DNA of 46,395 nt, taken from NCBI GenBank assembly GCA_964527745.1, contig CAZGPO010000001.1, positions 1-46,395 on the forward strand. The letters are read 5' to 3'. Positions 26,154-35,259 of this stretch are shown piece after piece; position 1 is the first letter of the stretch; every line of letters begins with the position of its first letter. Made by a program: the position numbers and the translations under genes. The notes beneath the pieces are model-generated. The model saw only the letters and a list, made by a program, of their open reading frames with translations. It searched no databases and was not told the DNA's origin. The DNA is from an uncultured Dechloromonas sp. Lineage in GTDB: Bacteria; Pseudomonadota; Gammaproteobacteria; Burkholderiales; Rhodocyclaceae.

Positions 26154-26188
26154 GAGAGAACGCTACCCTTGCGGCTATCAGCCGTCAA
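26154..26188 (-). promoter_or_regulatory. Candidate leaderless sigma70 promoter of the hydrogenase operon
   Basis: TTGACG (26188-26183)-17 nt-TAGCGT (26165-26160)-6 nt-ATG (26153). No SD upstream of hupD. Confidence 0.5.
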
Positions 26189-26496
26189 CTTCGCTTGTCA
26201 ACAATAGCCTTTGAACTTTGGCTTGCCGGCAAAAATATCACTCGGACGCTGCCCCGGTTTGTTGGCCGTTTGGTTTTTGTGTGTATTTCGGCGTCGACCG
26301 TGCCATTCAGGGCTCCGGCTATTGTGAGGCTCCGGTAACAAGTTATGAGACGCAAGTGGATGATGTGTGCGCGTATGGATGCCGACGAAAAAGGTTCAAT
26401 TTTTTTCGTTTCTTCTTGCGTTTCGGTCTTGAAACCAGTGGGGAATATTGTTAGCCTCATACATTCAAATATTAACTATTTCTTAAGGAGGGCGGC

Positions 26497-27702
26497 ATGG
26501 CATTGGTCAATCCGCATGGTGGCGGCAGTTTGCGGCCGTTGTTGCTTGAAGGTCAGACCCTGAAGGACGAGGTAGCCAAGGCCCAGTCCTTGCCCAAGGT
26601 CAAGCTTAGTTCGCGTGAAAACGGTGATGTCATCATGATGGGTATCGGCGGCTTCACGCCGTTGACCGGTTTCATGACGCATTCCGACTGGCAGGGTGTT
26701 TGTGACGGGATGAAGATGGCTAACGGCCTGTTCTGGCCAATCCCCGTTACCCTGTCAACTGACGACGAGAGTGTCGTCGCCGGTAACGATATTGCTCTGG
26801 TGGATGGCGAGTCAGGCGAAATCATGGCGACCATGAAGGTGACCGAGAAATACGGCATCGACAAGGCGCATGAGTGCATGCAGGTCTACAAAACCACCGA
26901 TCTGGAGCATCCTGGGGTCAAGATGGTCATGGCTCAGGGCAAATACAATCTGGCGGGCGCGATCAAGGTTTTGTCAACTGGTGGCTTCAAGGAAAAATAC
27001 GGCGAACAGTTCATGACGCCGGCTGAGACCCGTGCCATGTTCGATAGGCTCGGCTGGAAACGGATTGCCGCTTTCCAGACGCGCAACCCGATGCATCGCT
27101 CGCACGAATATTTGGCCAAGATTGCCATTGAAACGATGGACGGCGTCCTTGTCCATTCGCTTCTGGGTGCCCTCAAGCCGGGCGACATCCCCGCCGAAGT
27201 GCGCTCCGAAGCAATCAGCGTACTGGTCGAAAACTATTTCGCGCCCAATACGGTGATCCAGGCCGGCTACCCGCTTGACATGCGCTACGCTGGTCCGCGC
27301 GAGGCGCTGTTGCACGCACTATTCCGCCAGAATTATGGCTGCTCGCATTTGATTGTCGGCCGCGACCACGCCGGTGTCGGTGATTATTACGGCCCGTTCG
27401 ATGCGCAGAAAATATTCGACGAGATTCCCGCTGGTTCGCTTGAAACCCAGAACATGAATATCGACTGGACGTTCTGGTGCAACAAGTGTGGTGGTATGGC
27501 TTCGCAACGGACTTGTCCGCATACCAAGGATGATCGCATCCTATTGTCGGGTACCAAGGTTCGTGCAATGCTGTCCGAAGGCCAGGATCTGCCGGTGGAA
27601 TTCAGTCGGCCCGAAGTAGCCAAGGTCTTGCAGAAATACTATGCCGGCCTGAGTGAAGAAGAGAACGTCAAGGTGGAATTGAAAGGTCATTCCGCCAAGT
27701 AG
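26497..27702 (+). CDS. sat: Sulfate adenylyltransferase (ATP sulfurylase)
   Basis: [34 protein letters not shown] and [16 protein letters not shown]. Confidence 0.97.
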   Translation: MALVNPHGGGSLRPLLLEGQTLKDEVAKAQSLPKVKLSSRENGDVIMMGIGGFTPLTGFMTHSDWQGVCDGMKMANGLFWPIPVTLSTDDESVVAGNDIALVDGESGEIMATMKVTEKYGIDKAHECMQVYKTTDLEHPGVKMVMAQGKYNLAGAIKVLSTGGFKEKYGEQFMTPAETRAMFDRLGWKRIAAFQTRNPMHRSHEYLAKIAIETMDGVLVHSLLGALKPGDIPAEVRSEAISVLVENYFAPNTVIQAGYPLDMRYAGPREALLHALFRQNYGCSHLIVGRDHAGVGDYYGPFDAQKIFDEIPAGSLETQNMNIDWTFWCNKCGGMASQRTCPHTKDDRILLSGTKVRAMLSEGQDLPVEFSRPEVAKVLQKYYAGLSEEENVKVELKGHSAK

Positions 27703-27804
27703 TGTTTCCAAAGGAGTAGTTGGGTAACTTGTTGCCCCATTTGAGCGTAACGAGTGTCCCAAAGTTGTTTTTTTGAAGTGAATCGTAACCAAGGAGAGAA
27801 AACT

Positions 27805-28278
27805 ATGCCAACCTTTGTTCGTACCGAGAAGTGCGATGGCTGCAAGGGGCAGGACAAAACTGCCTGCATGTATATCTGCCCGCACAACCTGATGAAGCTT
27901 GACAAGGACGGTTCAGAAACCGGCCATGCCATGAAAGCCTTCAATCAAGAACCGGAGCAGTGCTGGGAGTGTTATTCCTGCGTCAAGATCTGTCCGCAGG
28001 GCGCCATCGAATGTCGTCATTATGCTGACATCGTCCCGCTGGGCGGTTCCGTGCAGCCGCTGCGTGGCTCCGATGCCATCATGTGGACCATCAAGTTCCG
28101 TAACGGCACCCTTAAGCGTTTCAAGTTCCCGATCCGCACCACGGCAGAAGGCTCCATCGACCCGTACGGTGGCAAGCCGATGCCGAAAGTGGCTGAACTC
28201 TCCGCGCCTGGTGTTTATACCCGCGCAGTGATGGGTGGTTATCGTGCAGGCAACCCTGCCGAACTGATCCGTAAATAA
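27805..28278 (+). CDS. aprB: APS reductase beta subunit
   Basis: MPTFVRTEKCDGC...CMYICP, CWECYSCVKICP and FKFPIRTT. Start revised to the ATG at 27805 after AAGGAG. Confidence 0.96.
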   Translation: MPTFVRTEKCDGCKGQDKTACMYICPHNLMKLDKDGSETGHAMKAFNQEPEQCWECYSCVKICPQGAIECRHYADIVPLGGSVQPLRGSDAIMWTIKFRNGTLKRFKFPIRTTAEGSIDPYGGKPMPKVAELSAPGVYTRAVMGGYRAGNPAELIRK

Positions 28279-28302
28279 ACCGACAAAACGAGGAACCGAA
28301 AA

Positions 28303-30330
28303 ATGGCTGGAACATTTGAAGCACCTGAAGTTGTTCAGGAAGAACTGGACATTCTGATGATCGGTGGTGGCATGGCCTGCTGTGGCGCGGCATATGAAAT
28401 GATGCGCTGGGCTGAAGCCCTCAAGGCCGAGACTGGTACCGAACTGAAAATCAAAATGGTCGACAAGGCTGCGGTGGATCGCTCTGGCGCTGTAGCGCAG
28501 GGTTTGTCCGCAATCAATACCTACATCGGCTCGGAGCAAGACCCGGCCGACTATGCGCGTATGGTCTCCAATGACCTGATGGGTATCACCCGCGATGATC
28601 TGGCCTATGACGTCGGCCGGAACGTTGATGATTCCGTGCACCTGTTCGAGGAATGGGGCCTGCCGATCTGGAAGACTGACGCGGACGGTGTGCGTCATGA
28701 TGGTGCCGAGTCTCTGAAAGAAGGCTTGCCTGCGCTTAAGGATGGTGGCAAGCCGGTGCGTTCGGGCAAGTGGCAGATCATGATCAATGGTGAATCCTAC
28801 AAGTGGATCGTCGCCGAAGCCGCTAAGAAAGCATTGGGCCTTGATCGCATCCAGGAACGAGTATTTATTGTCAAGCTGGTCAATGACAAGAACGACCCGT
28901 CGCGGGTTGCTGGCGCAGTTGGCTTCTCGGTGCGCGAGAACAAGCTTTACGTCTACAAGGCCAAGGCAATCCTGCTGGCCGCGGGTGGCTGTGTGAACAT
29001 TTTCCGTCCGCGCTCTGTAGGCGAGGGTTCGGGCCGTGCATGGTATCCCGTTTGGAATGCCGGTTCGACCTATGCCATGGCTGCCGAAGCAGGCGCAGAA
29101 ATGACCATGATGGAAAATCGTTTCGTACCGGCTCGCTTCAAGGATGGTTATGGCCCAGTCGGTGCATGGTTCCTGTTGTTCAAGGCCAAAGCAGTCAACG
29201 CCTACGGCGAAGAGTACATGACCAAGAACAAGGAAATGCTCAACGACTACCCGCCGTATGGTCAGGCAGCCGTTCCTGCGTCCTGCCTGCGCAATCACCT
29301 GATGCTGAAGGAAATGAAGGAAGGTCGCGGCCCGATTTACATGGACACCGTCACCGCTCTGGCAGCTCTGGCCGAAACGCTGACGCCGAAAGAAGTCAAG
29401 CACCTCGAAGCCGAAGCTTGGGAAGACTTCCTCGACATGTGTATCGGCCAGTGCGGTATCTGGGTCGGTGAAAACGTCGACCCGCGCGAGAAGAACTCCG
29501 AACTGATGCCGACCGAGCCGTACCTGCTTGGTTCGCACTCCGGTTGCTGCGGCATTTGGGTTTCCGGCCCGACCGACGTCGGCGCACCGACCACGGAAGA
29601 GTACGATGGCGTTCCCGCGCATCTGCCCAAGGGCTGGAACTGGGGCTATCGCTCCATGACCACGGTCAAAGGTCTGTTTACCGCAGGCGATGGCGTTGGC
29701 GCTTCCGGCCACAAGTTCTCGTCCGGTTCGCACACCGAAGGCCGTCTGGCTTCTAAGGCGATGATTCAGTACGCACTCGATAACAAGGACTGGAAGGTCG
29801 AACTGGATACTTCGGTCGATCAACTTGTTGCCGACATCTACCAACCGGTGCGTACTTTCCTCGAGTTCAAGGATTACACCACGGCGATTGACGTCAACCC
29901 GAACTACATTACCCCCAAGATGTTGCAGATGCGTCTGCAAAAAATCATGGACGAGTATGTTGCTGGTGTTGGCACCTACTACAATACCAACGACAAGATG
30001 TTGGCTGTTGCAGAAGAGAAGCTCGAGATGCTCAAGGAAGACTCGAAGAAGCTTCGCGCCAAGGACCTTCACGAGTTGCTGCGTGCCTGGGAAAACTACC
30101 ATCGCATCCTGACTGCAGAAGCTCACATGAAGCACATCCAGTTCCGTGAAGAGAGCCGTTATCCTGGCTTCTATTACCGTACCGACAAGAACTTTGTCGA
30201 CGAAGAGAACTGGCACTGCTTCGTGAACTCCGTGTATGACAAGGAGTCGAAGAAGTGGACCTGCTTCAAGCGCAAGCACGTTGATCTGGTTGACAAGTCC
30301 AAGTTGTTCAAGGCAGCTGCGCCGCACTGA
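28303..30330 (+). CDS. aprA: APS reductase alpha subunit (Qmo-associated type)
   Basis: IGGGMACCG, RSGAVAQGLSAINTY, WQIMINGESYK, RFKDGYGPVGAW, GHKFSSGS and REESRYPG. Confidence 0.97.
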   Translation: MAGTFEAPEVVQEELDILMIGGGMACCGAAYEMMRWAEALKAETGTELKIKMVDKAAVDRSGAVAQGLSAINTYIGSEQDPADYARMVSNDLMGITRDDLAYDVGRNVDDSVHLFEEWGLPIWKTDADGVRHDGAESLKEGLPALKDGGKPVRSGKWQIMINGESYKWIVAEAAKKALGLDRIQERVFIVKLVNDKNDPSRVAGAVGFSVRENKLYVYKAKAILLAAGGCVNIFRPRSVGEGSGRAWYPVWNAGSTYAMAAEAGAEMTMMENRFVPARFKDGYGPVGAWFLLFKAKAVNAYGEEYMTKNKEMLNDYPPYGQAAVPASCLRNHLMLKEMKEGRGPIYMDTVTALAALAETLTPKEVKHLEAEAWEDFLDMCIGQCGIWVGENVDPREKNSELMPTEPYLLGSHSGCCGIWVSGPTDVGAPTTEEYDGVPAHLPKGWNWGYRSMTTVKGLFTAGDGVGASGHKFSSGSHTEGRLASKAMIQYALDNKDWKVELDTSVDQLVADIYQPVRTFLEFKDYTTAIDVNPNYITPKMLQMRLQKIMDEYVAGVGTYYNTNDKMLAVAEEKLEMLKEDSKKLRAKDLHELLRAWENYHRILTAEAHMKHIQFREESRYPGFYYRTDKNFVDEENWHCFVNSVYDKESKKWTCFKRKHVDLVDKSKLFKAAAPH

Positions 30331-30354
30331 TCTGACGCGTAGCCTTTAACCATT

Positions 30355-30392
30355 CAGGTCGGATGCCGTGAGGCTTCCGGCCTGTTTTATTT
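30355..30392 (+). terminator. Intrinsic terminator after aprA
   Basis: CAGGTCGGATGCC-GTGA-GGCTTCCGGCCTG followed by TTTTATTT. Confidence 0.7.
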
Positions 30393-30474
30393 ATGCTACC
30401 CAGCCAAACAAATTGCCGGGAGCGGTGTCTCAGTTATATAAAAGATCATTACCCCAAGTAGCCAAGAGGTATTT

Positions 30475-31365
30475 ATGTCCCAGCCCGATATTCCATTTCC
30501 CGACAGTCCTGTCATCCCCAACATGGTTGAGGGAACGCATGTCATCGAGTTTTCATGTCACAAAGGAATTAGTTGTTGGAATGCATGCTGTTCCAACATT
30601 GATATTTCGCTGACGCCCTATGATGTGCTTCGAATGAAAAGACATCTTGGTATCAGTTCCACCCAATTTCTCAAAGACTATACAGTGCCCTATGAGATGG
30701 AAAAGGATGGGATTGCCGGCGTCAAGTTCCGACCTGTCGAAGATGGTACCGCCTGTCGTTTCATGAAGCCTGAAGGTTGCGAGATATATGAGAGTCGCCC
30801 GACAGCGTGTCGTTATTATCCGGTAGCGCTGCTGTCAATGCGTAAGCAAGATGAATATATTGACCGTGACTCGTACGCTATCGTCAAAGAAGATCACTGC
30901 AAGGGGCATGAGGTCAAGCGCAGCATTACTATCGCTGACTATCGCAAGGAACAGGGGCTCGAAGAATATGACGATCTGGCCCGTGGCTGGCGTCAATTGG
31001 TATTGAAGAAAAAGTCATCCGGTCCGACGATCGGCAAGCCAACGTTGCGCAGTCGGCAGCTTTTCTTTATGGCCTGTTACGATATCGACCGCTTTCGCGA
31101 GTTTGTCAGCTCCGATTCGTTTACCAAGCTATTTGATCTACCGGAAGCTGAAAGGGATGCTCTCGCATCCGATGAAGCACTGATGCAGTTTGCCTTCCGC
31201 TTTCTGCGTCAGGTGATGTTCGGAGAAGAGAGCATTGCGCTCAACTCCGAAGAGGCTCAGGAGCGACTAGTCAAGGTGCAGGCTAAGCGCCTGGCCGAAG
31301 AGCGTGAAGCGGCCAAGCGCCGTGCGCTGGAGGCTGAAGAAGGCATGATGGACGATATCGAATAA
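30475..31365 (+). CDS. YkgJ/UPF0153 cysteine-cluster (putative Zn/Fe-chelating) protein
   Basis: CHKGISCWNACC, CRFMKPEGCEIYESRPTACRYYP and EDHCKG. GAGG SD. Confidence 0.85.
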   Translation: MSQPDIPFPDSPVIPNMVEGTHVIEFSCHKGISCWNACCSNIDISLTPYDVLRMKRHLGISSTQFLKDYTVPYEMEKDGIAGVKFRPVEDGTACRFMKPEGCEIYESRPTACRYYPVALLSMRKQDEYIDRDSYAIVKEDHCKGHEVKRSITIADYRKEQGLEEYDDLARGWRQLVLKKKSSGPTIGKPTLRSRQLFFMACYDIDRFREFVSSDSFTKLFDLPEAERDALASDEALMQFAFRFLRQVMFGEESIALNSEEAQERLVKVQAKRLAEEREAAKRRALEAEEGMMDDIE

Positions 31366-31392
31366 TTTTCGTCTTGAAGAACAGAGACAGGA

Positions 31393-31456
31393 ATTCCGGT
31401 GGTGCTGCCGCCGGAATGCAAAAAGCCCGTGTTGTGAGATCAACACGGGCTTTTTG
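31393..31456. terminator. Bidirectional intrinsic terminator between the ykgJ-like gene and hdrB
   Basis: CAAAAAGCCCGTGTTG-TGAGAT-CAACACGGGCTTTTTG (31419-31456), preceded by a second stem ATTCCGGTGG / CCGCCGGAAT. Confidence 0.85.
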
Positions 31457-31471
31457 TATATTGCATGTGAT

Positions 31472-32368
31472 CTATTTGCTGGCGATCTTCTCGAGTTTTT
31501 CGGCCTTGATCAACTGACCGTTGAGTCCCGCTTCCTTGGCCGATCCGCCATAGGCAACGGTCATCAACTGTGAATAATAGACGACAGGCATGTTGAACTT
31601 GGTGCCCTTCTTTTTGTTGATTTCCGACTGGTAGATTTCGACGTTGGCCTGGCACAACTGGCAAGGCGTGACGATCAGTTCGGCACCACCGTCATAGGCT
31701 GCCTCGACGATATCCTTGATCTGCTTCTGGCTCTTGTCCGGCTCGGAAAAGGCCAGCGCACCGCCGCAACAGGTGACCTTCTGGTCGAATGCGACAGCTT
31801 GCGCGCCAACCGATTCGATCATCTTGTCGAGATACATCGGGTTCTCGAATGACTCGCCGGCGATACCGAAAGGACGGTTCGTCTGGCAACCGACATAACC
31901 GGCAATCTTCATTTCTTCCAGAGGCTTGACGACCGGCGCTTTGAGCCCTTCAAAGCCGATATCTTCAACCAGCACTTCGACCATGTGGCGTGCCTTGACG
32001 GTTCCCTTGAAGTTCAAACCGGCTTCCTTGAGGGCTTCATTGGTGTCGGCCATCAAGTGGTCAGTATTGTGCAGACGCTCGGCAGCCTCACGCGTCGCCA
32101 GCCAGCAGGCAGGGCAGCCAGAAACCAGATCTTGGCCAGGAAGGTTGGTTTCCGCCAGAGCCAGATTGCGCGCATTGAGCACCAGGCGCTGCAGTTCGCT
32201 GCCTTCGCCATAGCCGATAGAGGCGCCGCAACAGTTCCAGTCGGGAATCTCGTTAAGCTGGATATCCAGCTTTTCGTTCATCAACTGAATCGATGTCGCG
32301 AAATTTGCTGCCGATGCGCCTTTCTGCGAGGAGCAGCCGGGGTAAAAAGCGTATTGTTTTTTTGCCAT
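31472..32368 (-). CDS. hdrB: HdrB-like CCG-domain subunit (Qmo-associated)
   Basis: YPGCS...WNCCGAS...GCPACW and YVGCQ...TCCGG...PCQLCQ. Confidence 0.9.
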   Translation of the reverse strand: MAKKQYAFYPGCSSQKGASAANFATSIQLMNEKLDIQLNEIPDWNCCGASIGYGEGSELQRLVLNARNLALAETNLPGQDLVSGCPACWLATREAAERLHNTDHLMADTNEALKEAGLNFKGTVKARHMVEVLVEDIGFEGLKAPVVKPLEEMKIAGYVGCQTNRPFGIAGESFENPMYLDKMIESVGAQAVAFDQKVTCCGGALAFSEPDKSQKQIKDIVEAAYDGGAELIVTPCQLCQANVEIYQSEINKKKGTKFNMPVVYYSQLMTVAYGGSAKEAGLNGQLIKAEKLEKIASK

Positions 32369-32380
32369 TCTGTTCTCCTG

Positions 32381-33001
32381 TCAGTTCAGACCGTGACGTC
32401 GATCTTCGATTTCGCGCGCCTTCGCAATCATTTTCTGAATGGCACCGCTGTCCTTGCATTTGTGGCCGCCGAAAAGCTCCATCGGATTAAGGCGCCCAGC
32501 CTTGACCAGACCTAAACCGATGCTCTGCATGGCCAAGGCATTCTTGATGCCCTGAACAAAACCATCCTTGAAGTACATCGACAACGAAAACTTCAGTTCG
32601 TTGACGCGACCTGTCTTTACCAGGTTATTCCAGAATATTTTGGCGATTTCCTGGGTCGGCTGTCCCTTGGGTACCATGCCGAGGCGGTTCGCATAGTGCG
32701 CGAGGCCGTGCATGATGTGGGTGATTGGCAACTGGCGTGGACAGCGGACGATGCAGTTGTAGCACGAGGTGCACATCCACATCGAGTCGGATTTCAGTAC
32801 CTCTTCCCGCTTCCCGGCGCGAATCATCATGAAGATCTTCTGCGGCGAATGCTCCCAATGTGGGCCGAGCGGACACGAGCCAGCACAGACGCCGCATTGC
32901 ATACACATCTTGACCATGTGACCATCTTCGACGCGCTCCTCGACCTCCTTGAGGAAGTTGTTGCGGTACTTTTCGATGGCGTTTTGATTGACGGTAGTCA
33001 T
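32381..33001 (-). CDS. hdrC: HdrC-like 2x[4Fe-4S] subunit (Qmo-associated)
   Basis: CMQCGVCAGSCP and WMCTSCYNCIVRCP. Confidence 0.9.
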   Translation of the reverse strand: MTTVNQNAIEKYRNNFLKEVEERVEDGHMVKMCMQCGVCAGSCPLGPHWEHSPQKIFMMIRAGKREEVLKSDSMWMCTSCYNCIVRCPRQLPITHIMHGLAHYANRLGMVPKGQPTQEIAKIFWNNLVKTGRVNELKFSLSMYFKDGFVQGIKNALAMQSIGLGLVKAGRLNPMELFGGHKCKDSGAIQKMIAKAREIEDRRHGLN

Positions 33002-33013
33002 TGATCGCTCTCC

Positions 33014-35257
33014 TTAACCGAAGCCCTTCAAGGGCGAGGGGCCGATTTTGTCGAGTTCGGCAACGTAGTCGTTGATCAGTTTCACGACGCGGGCGCTGTC
33101 GGTGATTGCCACTTCCTGCGTCTGCACGCGCTCTTCTTCGAGACCAAGCTGTTTGAGCGTGTCGCCGATCTTGCTCATGCGATAGTGCGCGAGTTCCGAT
33201 CCCTTGACGAAGTGACACTGGTAGTCGTCACCCTTCTTGCAGCCCATCATCATCACGCCGTCGTAACCGGAATTCAGTGCATCGGTAATCCAGATGGTGT
33301 TCACCGATCCGAGGCAACGCACGGGGATGACGCGAACGAAGGCCGAATAGTTCATGCGCGCCAGGCCAGCCATGTCGAGCGCCGGATAAGCGTCGTTCTC
33401 ACAGGCCAGGACAAGGATGCGTGGCTTCTCTTCGTCCTCGTCGGGGATTTCGACAGCCTTGACCTGGCTACCGACAGTATCGACCGAGTAGTTCTCGAAG
33501 GAGATGACGCGCACCGGGCAGGCACCCATGCAGGTACCGCAACGACGGCAGCGTTCCTCGTTGAATTTCGGGAAGCGGCGTTCGTCTTCGTCGATGGCGC
33601 CGAACGGGCATTCCACGGTACAGCGCTTGCACTGGGTGCAGCCTTCCAGACGCGCGGTCGGGAACGACAGGTCGCCCGAACGCGGATGCGCGGCGCGACC
33701 GACAGCGGCGTTTTCGACAGCCTGGATGGCCTTGAGCGCGGCGCCGGTCGCATCATCAGTGGCTTGCGCAATGTCCATCGGACGGCGCACCGGGCCGGCG
33801 GCGTAGATACCGGTACGGCGGGTCTCGTAAGGGAAGCAGATGAAGTGCGAGTCGGCGAAGCCATACTTGAACTGTGGCATGTCCGGACCTTGGCGATAAT
33901 CGAGTTTGAGTACCGAGGTGCTGCGCATTGCATCGCGCTGAACCTTGGCTTCCTCGTTGCCGCCTTCGGCCGCCGTAACGACTGGATTCCATGCTTCCAG
34001 GTCGACGCCGGCATTCGGCACCTGACCGGTCGCCAGCACGACGAGGTCGGCGGGGATGGTGTTCTCTTCGTCGAGGATCAGATCCTTGAAGGTGACGCTG
34101 CAGCTGTCGCCGCCGGCAACCTTGGAGGCCTTGCCCTTGGTGAAGATGACGCCCTTCTGCTGGGCGCTGCGGTAGAAATCCTCGCCCATCCCTGGCACGC
34201 GCAGATCCTGATACATGACCACGGTGTCGATATCGGGGTTCTGGTCCTTGAAGTAGGTTGCCTGCTTGATACTGGTGCCGCAACAGTGACCGGAGCAGTA
34301 GGAGAGGTGCTTGCCAGTTTCGTCGCGTTGGCCGGCACACTGCACGAATACCACGGACTTCACTTCCTTGCCGTCGGCACGCTTGATGGCACCGCCGTTA
34401 GCCTGCTTGGCCAGTGCCTCGAGGCCGGCCTGGTCCACCACATTGGGCTGGCCGCCACCGAGTTCGGGCAGCTTGGCCATGTCGTAGGTGGTGAAGCCAG
34501 TGGCTTGGACAATGGCACCGACGGCTTCCTCGCTCACGCTGCCGGATTCCTGTGCCACCTGGATGACGAAGCGGCCAGGCGCACCCGATGTCTCGCTGAT
34601 GGTGGAGTTCAGGTGCACCTTGATCAGCGGGGTGGCGGCAATCCGTGCCACCATTTCCGCAACACCGGTGTCCTGAGCTTCGGCATACGGCGCCTTGAAC
34701 GGTTGCCGCTTGTACAGATTGGCGGCCATGCCACCCAGCGCGCCGGTTTTCTCGACCAGCACGACTTCGTAACCGGTTTCGGCGATTTCCAAGGCGGCGG
34801 TCATGCCGCTCATGCCGCCGCCGACGACGAGGATGCGCTTGTTGGAGCTTTCCTTGACGTTACCGGATGGCTGGGTCATCTTCTTGACTTCGGCGCAACC
34901 CATGCGCACATAGTCGGCCGCCATTTCCTGGCGCACTTCGTCATGTTCCTTGCCGGCAGCGACGACCCAGAGGACGCCTTCGCGCAGATTGGCACGCGAC
35001 ATTGCGGCGGTCGGAAAATGGAAGGCTTCGGTCTTGGCGCGGCGCGAGCAGGCAGCGATGCAGACGTGGGTGACGGCTTCGTTGGCGATGTCGTCGTTGA
35101 TCATCTGCACGCCCTCGGCGTTGCACAGGAAGGGATGGCTCTTGACGATCGCCATCTTGCCTTCCTTCTTGGCGATATTTTCGAGTTGCGCCACCTTCAT
35201 GGCGTCGCCGATTCCGCAGCCGGAGCAGATGTATGCAGCAAATTTGTTATCGGCCAT
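33014..35257 (-). CDS. qmoB: QmoB (HdrA-like flavoprotein with ferredoxin and MvhD domains)
   Basis: YICSGCGIG, GGGMSG, QCAGQRD...CSGHCC, CTQCKRCTVECP, CRRCGTCMGACP and MvhD-like CENDAY...VRCLG...GCKKGDDYQCHF. Confidence 0.93.
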   Translation of the reverse strand: MADNKFAAYICSGCGIGDAMKVAQLENIAKKEGKMAIVKSHPFLCNAEGVQMINDDIANEAVTHVCIAACSRRAKTEAFHFPTAAMSRANLREGVLWVVAAGKEHDEVRQEMAADYVRMGCAEVKKMTQPSGNVKESSNKRILVVGGGMSGMTAALEIAETGYEVVLVEKTGALGGMAANLYKRQPFKAPYAEAQDTGVAEMVARIAATPLIKVHLNSTISETSGAPGRFVIQVAQESGSVSEEAVGAIVQATGFTTYDMAKLPELGGGQPNVVDQAGLEALAKQANGGAIKRADGKEVKSVVFVQCAGQRDETGKHLSYCSGHCCGTSIKQATYFKDQNPDIDTVVMYQDLRVPGMGEDFYRSAQQKGVIFTKGKASKVAGGDSCSVTFKDLILDEENTIPADLVVLATGQVPNAGVDLEAWNPVVTAAEGGNEEAKVQRDAMRSTSVLKLDYRQGPDMPQFKYGFADSHFICFPYETRRTGIYAAGPVRRPMDIAQATDDATGAALKAIQAVENAAVGRAAHPRSGDLSFPTARLEGCTQCKRCTVECPFGAIDEDERRFPKFNEERCRRCGTCMGACPVRVISFENYSVDTVGSQVKAVEIPDEDEEKPRILVLACENDAYPALDMAGLARMNYSAFVRVIPVRCLGSVNTIWITDALNSGYDGVMMMGCKKGDDYQCHFVKGSELAHYRMSKIGDTLKQLGLEEERVQTQEVAITDSARVVKLINDYVAELDKIGPSPLKGFG

Positions 35258-35259
35258 GA

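Noticed and set aside
27913-30327. 804-aa antisense ORF over aprBA
   Set aside because: Shadow ORF from codon bias of the real gene, with no recognisable motifs.
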